Assembly: GCA_018649885.1 (NCBI GenBank)
Contig: JABIHA010000118.1
Span: forward strand, 1-64,000
Source: Bacteriovoracaceae bacterium
GTDB lineage: Bacteria; Bdellovibrionota; Bacteriovoracia; Bacteriovoracales; Bacteriovoracaceae
Length of the DNA: 64,000 nucleotides
Direction: 5' to 3'
The translations under genes were made by a program, and so were the position numbers. How positions within the stretch are numbered: position 1 is the stretch's first letter; every line of letters starts with the position of its first letter. The notes under the pieces were generated by a model. The model saw nothing but the letters and a program-made list of their open reading frames with translations, was not told the origin of the DNA and made no database searches. Below, one piece after another: positions 37,642 to 46,846 of the stretch.

Positions 37642-38406
37642 ATGGTTAAATTGAATTTAAAAAAGAGAAATATTTTTAAATTTATACTAGCACTAGTAGC
37701 AGGCTTATCCTCTGCAGCGCTATTTGCTCAAACGAATATGAATGTTCCAGGCGTTGCAATTAACTTCGGACAGGGTGTTAATTTTGTCGATACACTTCAG
37801 GTCTTAGTTCTTTTCACTGTTTTGTCCATGGCACCATCATTTATCATTCTTTGCACATCTTTTACTAGGATAATAGTGGTTCTTTCCTTTATGAGGCAGG
37901 CCATTGGCACTCAAAATATGCCGCCAAATCAATTATTAATTGGCTTTGCGCTCTTTCTTTCGATTTTCGTGATGGCACCAACTGGTCAAAGACTCTACGA
38001 CCGCGCCATTAACCCGTATATAAAAGAGCAAATAACAACTCAACAAGCACTACTTGAAATGGAGCAAACTCTTCGAGGCTTCATGGTTAAATATGTAAGA
38101 AAAAATGACCTGCAGTTGTTCTATGATGTTACGGGAAAGAAGTTGCCTAACACAATTAAAGACGTACCAACCCATTTTGTAATTCCTGCTTTTATTATAT
38201 CTGAATTGAAAACAGCTTTTCAAATCGGATTCCTGCTTTATATACCTTTTTTAATACTCGATATGGTTGTTGCCTCGATTCTAATGGCCATGGGTATGAT
38301 GATGTTGCCACCCGTAGTTATTTCTCTTCCATTTAAGATCCTGCTCTTTGTTTTGGTTGACGGTTGGAATCTTATTACAGGTTCAATACTAAGGTCCTTT
38401 TCTTAG
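37642..38406 (+). CDS. fliP: flagellar export protein FliP
   Basis: TSFTRI, PPNQ, SELKTAFQIG, MGMMMLPP. Confidence 0.97.
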   Translation: MVKLNLKKRNIFKFILALVAGLSSAALFAQTNMNVPGVAINFGQGVNFVDTLQVLVLFTVLSMAPSFIILCTSFTRIIVVLSFMRQAIGTQNMPPNQLLIGFALFLSIFVMAPTGQRLYDRAINPYIKEQITTQQALLEMEQTLRGFMVKYVRKNDLQLFYDVTGKKLPNTIKDVPTHFVIPAFIISELKTAFQIGFLLYIPFLILDMVVASILMAMGMMMLPPVVISLPFKILLFVLVDGWNLITGSILRSFS

Positions 38407-38415
38407 GAGGAAATT

Positions 38416-38691
38416 ATGGAAAATGATTTCATTGTAGATTTAGCTTCTGGTGCTATTAAAGTTGCTGTGATGTTAGCAGCTCCCATGCTTTTGGGGGCAC
38501 TAGTTATTGGTATCTTGGTTTCAATCTTTCAGGCAGTAACTCAAATTAATGAACAAACTCTTTCGTTTATTCCCAAAATTTTGGTGATCATGGGGATATT
38601 AGTTTTGGGGAGTCCTTGGATGTTAGACACTCTCACGGACTATACAACAAATTTGTATACGAATATACCGAAGATGGTAATGCAAAAATGA
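38416..38691 (+). CDS. fliQ: flagellar export protein FliQ
   Basis: QAVTQINEQTLSFIPK. Confidence 0.97.
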   Translation: MENDFIVDLASGAIKVAVMLAAPMLLGALVIGILVSIFQAVTQINEQTLSFIPKILVIMGILVLGSPWMLDTLTDYTTNLYTNIPKMVMQK

Positions 38692-39464
38692 TTGGACTTG
38701 ATATATATAATTCCAATTCACTCGTTGCTTTTTGGTTGATATTCACCAGATTGGTAACCATTATGTTTCAAATGCCGCTCTTTGATAATAAAGCTGTTCC
38801 TGGCATAGTAAAAATACTGTTTACCGCTCTTATTACCTTTGCATTTTATCCCGTACTTAAAACTCCAGTCATGAATGAAATTGCTGCTAGTGGGGGAGCC
38901 TTTTGGCTCTTGACGGCCTATCACGCTGGTATCGGACTTCTTATAGGATTACTTGTAAGAGTTATTATTCAAATTTTTGTTGGCGCAGGCTCAATTATTA
39001 CTCAGCAGGTTGGATTTAGTGCTGTTGCCTATTTTGATCCATCGCTTGCTCAAAAAGTGGGTCCTTTTGAGACACTCATCAATTGGACAATTGTAGTTAC
39101 AATCGTTATGTCAGGTGCATTACTTCCTATGTTTAAAGGAATCCATGGATCTTTTTTTTCAATTAACTTCTTTGATTTAGGTAGGTTTTACTCTTCTCCT
39201 AAATTTTATATAGATTTTTTTAGATCAATGTTTTCATCTGCGCTTCTCCTCGCTTCTCCCATTTTATTTACCAATATGGTTTTAATGATGGTGATGGGAA
39301 TAATTGCGAGGACTGTTCCTCAAATGAATATATTAATGGTTAGTTTTGTAGTGAATATCGGTGTGGGACTTTTAGTTTTCTCTGCAAATGCAGAAGAATT
39401 CTTCCACACTGCTTTTAAAATATACGTTGAAAAATTAGGGCTATGGTTCCAGTTTATTAACTAA
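38688..39464 (+). CDS. fliR: flagellar export protein FliR
   Basis: ATGA overlap with fliQ; RTVPQMNI. Confidence 0.93.
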   Translation: MIGLDIYNSNSLVAFWLIFTRLVTIMFQMPLFDNKAVPGIVKILFTALITFAFYPVLKTPVMNEIAASGGAFWLLTAYHAGIGLLIGLLVRVIIQIFVGAGSIITQQVGFSAVAYFDPSLAQKVGPFETLINWTIVVTIVMSGALLPMFKGIHGSFFSINFFDLGRFYSSPKFYIDFFRSMFSSALLLASPILFTNMVLMMVMGIIARTVPQMNILMVSFVVNIGVGLLVFSANAEEFFHTAFKIYVEKLGLWFQFIN

Positions 39465-39478
39465 AACGGATTGATTAA

Positions 39479-40567
39479 ATGGCTGAAGAAAATTCAGATT
39501 CAGAAAAGACGGAAGACCCCTCCCAATATAGGATTGATGAATTCCGTAATAAAGGGCAAGTCTCTCAGTCGAAAGAGCTGACAAGTCTTTTAATTCTTGC
39601 TGCCACAATGATCACATTGTCATTATCAATGGTTTTTATTTTTGAAGTACTTTTGGAATATATAACCTGGGTGTTTAAACTTAATCCAACTCTTGTTTAC
39701 AGTGAAGAGGCCTTCAAGAAATTCGTAGAGAAATCTATTTTAACAGGACTTAAGTGCGCTGCTCCTGCCCTTTTAACAAGTTTATGTATCGGGGTGATTT
39801 CAACAATAATGCAGGTTGGGATACTTTTTTCTCCAGATATTTTAAATATTAAGATTGAAAGGTTAAATCCTCTTGAGGGAATTAAAAGAATTTTTGCCAA
39901 AAGAGCAATTGTTGAGACTTTTAAAGGTATTTTGAAATTTTCGATTATTCTGTCCATTGCTTACTTTACTTTCAAGAGTGATTCCAAATCTCTTGGAGGG
40001 TTCTTTCAGGTGGAGATCCTTGAAGGAGTTATGTACGGGAAGGGTATTATCTTACGGCTTGCTTTTTCAATCCTTTTGGGTCTTGTGATTGTGGCCGTTT
40101 TTGATTTTGCTTGGGAAAAATATAGTTATAAACAAAAGTTAATGCTTACCAAGCAACAAGCAAAAGATGAATTGAAAGAAAAAGAAGGTAATCCAGAAAT
40201 TAAGCAAAGAATCAGAACTATTCAAAGAGAAATGGCCCAAAAAAGAATGCTTAGTGACATAAAGGGTGCTGATTTTGTAGTAACTAACCCGACTCATATC
40301 TCCGTTGCCATTAAATATGATTTAGATAATATGGTTGCGCCAAAAGTTGTTGGGAAAGGTGCTGATTTTATGGCAAAAAAAATTAGAGAGCTTGCTAAAG
40401 AAAATGGTGTTCCTCTTATTGAGAATGTATCTCTTGCAAGAACCCTTTACAAAACTGTTAAAACTGGAGAGTCCGTTCCGCGGAATCTCTACAAAGCAAT
40501 TGCTGAGATTTTGGCCTTTGTTTATAAGATGAAAAAGAAGAATAAAGCTCTTGGTGTGGAAAGGTAG
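39479..40567 (+). CDS. flhB: flagellar export protein FlhB
   Basis: EKTE, NPTH autocleavage motif. Confidence 0.97.
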   Translation: MAEENSDSEKTEDPSQYRIDEFRNKGQVSQSKELTSLLILAATMITLSLSMVFIFEVLLEYITWVFKLNPTLVYSEEAFKKFVEKSILTGLKCAAPALLTSLCIGVISTIMQVGILFSPDILNIKIERLNPLEGIKRIFAKRAIVETFKGILKFSIILSIAYFTFKSDSKSLGGFFQVEILEGVMYGKGIILRLAFSILLGLVIVAVFDFAWEKYSYKQKLMLTKQQAKDELKEKEGNPEIKQRIRTIQREMAQKRMLSDIKGADFVVTNPTHISVAIKYDLDNMVAPKVVGKGADFMAKKIRELAKENGVPLIENVSLARTLYKTVKTGESVPRNLYKAIAEILAFVYKMKKKNKALGVER

Positions 40568-40569
40568 TA

Positions 40570-42645
40570 ATGGACAAGTACTTTGAAAAATTAAAATTTT
40601 TCACTAATAATTCAGATATTGCAGTGGCGCTTGGTCTTTTCACTATTCTTGGAGTGATGATTATACCGATACCTCCTTTTTTACTGGATTTGGCGCTAGC
40701 TTCAACTCTTTCTTTTTCAATGATTATTTTACTTGTTTCAATTTATACCAAAAGGCCTCTGGATTTCTCTACATTTCCATCAGTCTTACTTGTGGCCACT
40801 CTTTTTAGGCTTTCCCTAAATGTTGCTTCAACAAGAAATATTCTACTTCGCTCTGGATCTGAAGGAGCCGGTTCTGCCGGAGCTATTATTCAAGCATTCG
40901 GAGACTTTGTAGTCGGTGGTAACTTTGCAGTTGGCATTATCATCTTTTTAATTCTAGTGCTGATTAACTTTATTGTTATTACAAAAGGTGCGGGTAGGGT
41001 AGCTGAAGTTGCTGCACGTTTCACCTTGGATGCGATGCCTGGTAAGCAAATGGCCATTGATGCTGATTTAAATGCTGGGTTAATTGATGACAAGCAAGCT
41101 AAACAGCGTCGGGAAGAAGTTGCAAGTGAAGCTGACTTTTATGGGTCTATGGATGGTGCTTCTAAGTTCGTTAGAGGGGATGCCATTGCGGGGATACTGA
41201 TAACTTTTATCAATGTTATTGGTGGAATTTATGTGGGAATGGCCCAAAATGGGTTGAGTTTTGGTGAAGCGAGTGAGCTCTATACACTTCTAACAGTAGG
41301 TGATGGTCTTGTAGCTCAGATTCCTGCTCTTATCATTTCAACTGCAGCTGGTATTACCATTACAAGAAATACCTCTGATCATTCACTTGGTACTCAGATT
41401 GGTGACCAATTTCGACTTCATCCAAAAACACTTTATATTTCAGCAGGTATACTCTTCTTCTTTTCAGTTATAACGGAGCTTCCCGTTATGCCCTTTGCAA
41501 TTATTGGAACAGTTTTAGTTTTAACTGGAATTAGAGTTGAGAAAAATAATGAGCTTAGAACTGAGAAGGCGAAAAAAGATAAACTTGAGATTAAGAAAAC
41601 TACTCCAGATAACCTTGAAGACTTATTGCCGCTTGAGCTCATTGAACTTGAAGTTGGGTACGGTCTTGTCTCACTGGTAGATGCAGAACAAAATGGAGAC
41701 CTACTTGAGAGAATTACCCATATTAGAAAGCAATTTGCTCTGGATTGGGGAGTTATTATTCCCTCAGTGCGAGTAAAAGATAATTTGGAATTAAAACCGG
41801 GTGGATATAACGTCAGAATTAAAGGTGTGAGTATTGCCGAGGGAGATTTACTATCTGATCACTTCCTAGCAATGGATCCAGGGACTGTTATAGAAAAAGT
41901 TGATGGGCTTGAGACCACTGAGCCAGTATTTGGGTTGCCTGCAGTATGGATTAGTGAAGAAGATAAAGACGAGGCCCAGTATAATGGATATACTGTTGTG
42001 GACAACTCGACTATTATTGCTACTCACTTAACTGAGATCTTAAAATCAAATCTTCATGAATTATTTGGAAGGCAAGAGCTTGTTAGAGTTCTCGACAATT
42101 TCAAAGAAGACCACCCAAAACTTGTTGGAGACCTTATTCCTGAAATTCTTCAGCTTGGAACAGTTCTCAAGGTATTACAAAACCAATTGCAAGAAGGGGT
42201 ATCGATCCGTGATCTTAGAACAGTGCTAGAGGCATTAGCAGAGCATGGAGTGACCATAAAAGATGTTACTTCATTAACTGAGCTAACTAGACAGTCATTA
42301 TATAGAACTATCACTGAGAGAATTAAAAGTGATCAAGGTGACATCCCACTATTTACTCTAGATAGGGGAATTGAGGAAGCGATTGCTCAAAACCTTATCC
42401 AGACTGATCAAGGTCAGCAATTATCGCTTGATCCCAAGGTCACTCAAAATATTCTTGCTAGCTTGAATGAGAAGATTGAAGAGGCAACTAATATGGGTGA
42501 AAAAATGGTTGTGCTTTGTTCTCCAGTAATTAGAAGCCATTTTAAGAAATTAACGCAGAAATTTATCCCCAACTTAGTAGTTGTTAGTCATAATGAATTA
42601 AGTCCTGAAGCGAACATTCGTTCCTTAGGCACGGTGAGGTTATAG
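40570..42645 (+). CDS. flhA: flagellar export protein FlhA
   Basis: RVAEVAARFTLDAMPGKQM. Confidence 0.98.
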   Translation: MDKYFEKLKFFTNNSDIAVALGLFTILGVMIIPIPPFLLDLALASTLSFSMIILLVSIYTKRPLDFSTFPSVLLVATLFRLSLNVASTRNILLRSGSEGAGSAGAIIQAFGDFVVGGNFAVGIIIFLILVLINFIVITKGAGRVAEVAARFTLDAMPGKQMAIDADLNAGLIDDKQAKQRREEVASEADFYGSMDGASKFVRGDAIAGILITFINVIGGIYVGMAQNGLSFGEASELYTLLTVGDGLVAQIPALIISTAAGITITRNTSDHSLGTQIGDQFRLHPKTLYISAGILFFFSVITELPVMPFAIIGTVLVLTGIRVEKNNELRTEKAKKDKLEIKKTTPDNLEDLLPLELIELEVGYGLVSLVDAEQNGDLLERITHIRKQFALDWGVIIPSVRVKDNLELKPGGYNVRIKGVSIAEGDLLSDHFLAMDPGTVIEKVDGLETTEPVFGLPAVWISEEDKDEAQYNGYTVVDNSTIIATHLTEILKSNLHELFGRQELVRVLDNFKEDHPKLVGDLIPEILQLGTVLKVLQNQLQEGVSIRDLRTVLEALAEHGVTIKDVTSLTELTRQSLYRTITERIKSDQGDIPLFTLDRGIEEAIAQNLIQTDQGQQLSLDPKVTQNILASLNEKIEEATNMGEKMVVLCSPVIRSHFKKLTQKFIPNLVVVSHNELSPEANIRSLGTVRL

Positions 42646-42646
42646 T

Positions 42647-44029
42647 ATGTACGTTCGAAAATTTGAGGCAGATACGCTGGATAAGGCCCTACAAGATATA
42701 AAAGGCGAGCTTGGTCCCGATGCTATTATTTTGAAAACAAAAACAAATAAGGGGCTCAAGGGAGCTTTCAAGAAGAAAAAAATCGAGATAACTGCTGCTA
42801 TTTCAGAAAGAAGCTATGTAAAAAAGGCCAAAGTCGATGAAGTTCTTGGACCTGAACACAAAAAAGAATTCTACAAAGAATCTAATAAAAGTATTTCGGG
42901 AACAATTGATACTTACAATAATTCCAAAACTACAAATTACGGAAGTTTGGGTCTCAATAAAGCTGTCAAAAATGCAACTGAAACAATCAAGTCTGGACTT
43001 GATGAGTTTCTTGGGAAAAATGATGTAGAGGAGAAAGCTTCCGCTACTCCCACCCAAAAGGCCCTTGAAGAAGAGTATTACGAAGATGAACCCGCACTAC
43101 CAGCGCACGAAGCACCAAGTTATCATGCTCAGCAACCGGTTTATGACGAAGAAATTAAAGAGGAGCTAGAAGAGCAGCAATCTAAGATTGCGGAGCTTGA
43201 ACAGAAATTATTTGATCTAACTCACTCACTTGAAAACCGTAATAGTGATGGGCTTCCTCGAGGTATCAAAGAGGTTAGGGCATCTCTGAAAACTCTCGAT
43301 ATTTGTGAAAAATTCATCCTCGAACTAGTAAAGAAAGTTGGATTTGAATTATCACGTGAAGAGCAAGAAAACCCAGACACTGTATTTGATTTGGCCTTAA
43401 GAGAAATGGCGGGGACAATCAAAGTTGGACTTCCACTATTTTCAAAGCCTGATGCAGATGAATCTCCAACTGTTACTGTTCTAGTCTCAGAGGTGGCTTC
43501 AGGTCAAACGAGTACGGCACTGAAACTTGCTACTCTCAAGAAGGGATCTGTTGTGGTCCAAGTAGGAGGGGCAGGGGACACTGATACAAGATTCTACAAA
43601 TCGATTTTTGATTTAGATATTGAGAAAGCTTCGACTCCCAGTGAGGCAGTTTCAATGTGTAGAAATGCGGTACAGAATGGGAAGTCTGTATTTCTCGATT
43701 ATAGAAATACAGGGGACAAGGATGAGACCAAGAATTTTTGTAATGGTCTAAAGAGGTCATTTGACGGGATCGAGATTCTACTATGCCTTTCGTCCATTCA
43801 AAGTGAGCTTTATAACCAGAAAACTATTAAGAAATACCAAGAACTGTGTAGTGGGATCACTGTTTCACATATCGATTTATGTTTGAACTTTGGTGCTCTA
43901 TTTAACTTAAATTACCAGTTTTCGGAGTTGCCTTTTATTTTCTTTGGAACTGGCAGCTGTGTACCTGAAGATTTGGAAGCAGCTTCTTCTGAGAGAATTC
44001 TCGGAAAACTTTTTCAGTTTGATATTTAA
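42647..44029 (+). CDS. flhF: FlhF (degenerate GTPase motifs)
   Basis: N-terminal ELGPDAIIL..IEITAA, G.VPEDL, synteny. Confidence 0.88.
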   Translation: MYVRKFEADTLDKALQDIKGELGPDAIILKTKTNKGLKGAFKKKKIEITAAISERSYVKKAKVDEVLGPEHKKEFYKESNKSISGTIDTYNNSKTTNYGSLGLNKAVKNATETIKSGLDEFLGKNDVEEKASATPTQKALEEEYYEDEPALPAHEAPSYHAQQPVYDEEIKEELEEQQSKIAELEQKLFDLTHSLENRNSDGLPRGIKEVRASLKTLDICEKFILELVKKVGFELSREEQENPDTVFDLALREMAGTIKVGLPLFSKPDADESPTVTVLVSEVASGQTSTALKLATLKKGSVVVQVGGAGDTDTRFYKSIFDLDIEKASTPSEAVSMCRNAVQNGKSVFLDYRNTGDKDETKNFCNGLKRSFDGIEILLCLSSIQSELYNQKTIKKYQELCSGITVSHIDLCLNFGALFNLNYQFSELPFIFFGTGSCVPEDLEAASSERILGKLFQFDI

Positions 44030-44094
44030 TTAAGTACCAAAGTTAGTTTTTTATTTTGCAGTAAATTTATAGACAGGAAGTTTTAGGAGACAGG

Positions 44095-45003
44095 ATGTCA
44101 TTTGAAACAAACGTAAGCCAGTGGCTTGAATCGTTTAAACATGAAGAGAATTTTCCCAATTTATCTACCTTTCCCAGATTTAAACAGGTTGTTAGAAGAC
44201 CAGTGTCTATCTCCATAACAGGAGGCAAGGGTGGGGTTGGAAAAACATCGATTTCATTGAAGTATGCACTTGAATTGAAAAAAATTGGATACAAAGTACT
44301 CTACATCGACTTTGATTACAATTTATCAAACTCAAGAATAAAATTAGGTCTTCCACTCGATGACAATTTCAAAAAGCTACTTCGAAGAGAAATCGACTTT
44401 GACAGTGCCTTATATAAAAATGGAAATTTTCACATGCTTTCGGGATGTAATGGGGATGTGGATATATTTGATGAGCAAAGTATTCGCTTTGATAATGAGC
44501 TCATTAACTTGCTCGCTAGCCATGAAAAAGATTACGATTTTATTCTCTTTGATTGTCCAGCTGGTATTAACAAAGATGCACTAAGCATAAATGCATATTG
44601 CGACCATCGATTTATTGTTGTGACTGCTGATAAGTCATCAATAACTGACTCATACAGTTTGATAAAAGTCTTAAAACTTAGATATGGAGTTAACGAAAAC
44701 CACCTTATTGTTAACAAAGTGGAGAATCTTGCCCAATACAAAAAGGTCGTTAAAACTATCAGTGAGACCGCCGAGAATTTCCTAGGTGTGCGGACTTCCG
44801 TTCTAGGAGGGATCTCCAACTATCGGGACAAACCCGAGGAATTTGATTACCAATTTTTATTTGAAGAAAATTCAAAGATCCATAAAGATTTCCTTAAAGT
44901 TCTAAATGTTACTGCCGAGAAATGTTTGCACCTAGTGCCATGTGTTAATCCGGTTCATGGTATTCAGGAGCAAGTATTGGAAAAGGAAGTCCAAACCATA
45001 TAG
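44095..45003 (+). CDS. flhG: FlhG/FleN MinD-like ATPase
   Basis: GGKGGVGKT, DCPAG; synteny. Confidence 0.9.
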   Translation: MSFETNVSQWLESFKHEENFPNLSTFPRFKQVVRRPVSISITGGKGGVGKTSISLKYALELKKIGYKVLYIDFDYNLSNSRIKLGLPLDDNFKKLLRREIDFDSALYKNGNFHMLSGCNGDVDIFDEQSIRFDNELINLLASHEKDYDFILFDCPAGINKDALSINAYCDHRFIVVTADKSSITDSYSLIKVLKLRYGVNENHLIVNKVENLAQYKKVVKTISETAENFLGVRTSVLGGISNYRDKPEEFDYQFLFEENSKIHKDFLKVLNVTAEKCLHLVPCVNPVHGIQEQVLEKEVQTI

Positions 45004-45019
45004 CAGCAAGGAGTGCTCA

Positions 45020-45805
45020 ATGTCCTCAATCTCGGCGAAGCTTAAAAATCTAAAAGATTACAAAACAAAGATCGAAGGTGAACTTAAAGACCAAATTATT
45101 GTCGAATATGCTCCACTAATAAAGTATATCGCTCAGAAAATAGCTGCGAGGTTACCCTCGAATATTGAGCTTGATGATCTAATTAGTTGTGGAGTAATTG
45201 GTTTAATGGATGCGATCGAAAAATTCGATCCTACAAGAGACAACAAATTTAAAACATACGCTGAATTCAGAATTAGAGGTTCTATTCTTGACGAGCTGAG
45301 AGCTCAAGATTGGGTACCAAGATCAGTCAGAGAAAAGGCCAAGGTTGTTGAGAGAGCTTTTCAAAAGCTAGAAGGTGAATTAGGCCGTCCGGCAACTGAA
45401 GATGAGATGTGTAAAGAGCTCGATGTTTCTCAAGACGAGTACCACCGGCTTCTTAATAAAGCTAAATCTGTTTCACTTCTCAATATTGACGACGCTGCCA
45501 CTTTTAATAGAGGTGATAAGAAGTTAATGATGGGTTTTATGGAAAATCATCGTTCCATGAATCCTTATTTAGCTGTAAACTATAAGAAGGCACAAGAGAT
45601 TATTAAAGACGGAATAAAGAGTTTGCCTGAAAAACAAAGATTGGTTCTATCATTATACTACTACGAAGACTTGAACCTTAAGGAAATCGGTCAAGTACTG
45701 GATGTGACAGAGTCAAGAGTTTCTCAGCTTCATACTCAAGCAGTATTAAAGCTAAGAGCAAGGTTGAAAAAAGATTTTGATTCCCACGAGGACATTGCAG
45801 GATAA
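45020..45805 (+). CDS. fliA: RNA polymerase sigma-28
   Basis: RIRGSILDELRAQDW, ESRVSQLH; AAGGAG RBS. Confidence 0.96.
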   Translation: MSSISAKLKNLKDYKTKIEGELKDQIIVEYAPLIKYIAQKIAARLPSNIELDDLISCGVIGLMDAIEKFDPTRDNKFKTYAEFRIRGSILDELRAQDWVPRSVREKAKVVERAFQKLEGELGRPATEDEMCKELDVSQDEYHRLLNKAKSVSLLNIDDAATFNRGDKKLMMGFMENHRSMNPYLAVNYKKAQEIIKDGIKSLPEKQRLVLSLYYYEDLNLKEIGQVLDVTESRVSQLHTQAVLKLRARLKKDFDSHEDIAG

Positions 45806-45810
45806 AAGCT

Positions 45811-46788
45811 TTGGAAGAAAAAATTTACAGTGCAATTAAAAGAAGTGAAAACGGGTTAGATGACCTCAAGTTCGTGCTTGGTGAAAGTAGTGATGTATTT
45901 GTAGATCAAGTAACCAGGGAAATCGCTCAGGTAAAAAATGAAATAAAAACTGGAAAGCTTTCTATTTCAGAAGATCATCCTGAATTAAAAAATATCATAA
46001 CTAAACAATTCAAGAGTCTTATCAAAAATTGGTTTCTTTCGAAATCAAAATTACATCAATTTGATTTTTACTTCTCTAATGACTCTCTCTCTATCGATGC
46101 ATGGGAGAGGCTTCTAGGGCTTGTTCCCCATTTCTTAGAATGTGCCAGAGGTTTTCCCTTTAGTGGAAATGTGGCGATTGAGATTAAATCAGGGAAGATG
46201 TACCTGCAGGGACATCTTGAGAATTTCGATCCAGATGAAGAGAGTAGGAAAAAGATATATTACTTCACAAGAGAGCTTTTAAAGAAGAATGCCATATTAA
46301 CGTATAAAATTAAGGAGTCTTCCAAGCTTGCTGGTGCAGACTTGGGACTTGTACTCGATTTTTCTCACTCAGATATTGAATTCTTAAAGCTCAAAGGCTT
46401 TAATTTTGAAGGTGCTGGAGTTTTTATTACAAGGGCATTTTCTAGCTATATTGCAGATAGAAAAATAGTAGGAGATTTAAAGGATCATTTTTGTCTAGAA
46501 ATTACTAAAGACCTAGAATTAAAAAGGTTAAATCGAATACCAAAAGAGTTACTACAAAGTGATTTTGAGGGCGTGGGAGAAAAAGTAATTTTTCATTTTC
46601 CCTTTCTATTTCGTCCTTTATCTATAATAATACCAGAAGGCATGGAGCTGGTTCAGGCTCCTAAAATGCAAAATGGAAACGACACAGGAAGTGAGACACG
46701 AGGTAGCCTAGGGCATGAAGCTTTCAGTAAGCCATCAAAAGACTCAAGAAATTTTTATCTCGATTTTTTTCAGTTCGCCTGTTCCTAA
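45811..46788 (+). CDS. hypothetical protein (possible degenerate CheA-like)
   Basis: 325-aa ORF 5 bp after fliA; weak CheA P3/P4 echoes. Confidence 0.6.
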   Translation: MEEKIYSAIKRSENGLDDLKFVLGESSDVFVDQVTREIAQVKNEIKTGKLSISEDHPELKNIITKQFKSLIKNWFLSKSKLHQFDFYFSNDSLSIDAWERLLGLVPHFLECARGFPFSGNVAIEIKSGKMYLQGHLENFDPDEESRKKIYYFTRELLKKNAILTYKIKESSKLAGADLGLVLDFSHSDIEFLKLKGFNFEGAGVFITRAFSSYIADRKIVGDLKDHFCLEITKDLELKRLNRIPKELLQSDFEGVGEKVIFHFPFLFRPLSIIIPEGMELVQAPKMQNGNDTGSETRGSLGHEAFSKPSKDSRNFYLDFFQFACS

Positions 46789-46846
46789 AACGCTCTCACA
46801 GCTCTTCAGTTCGTTTCTACACTTGATGAATTCAAAGGTTTGAACT

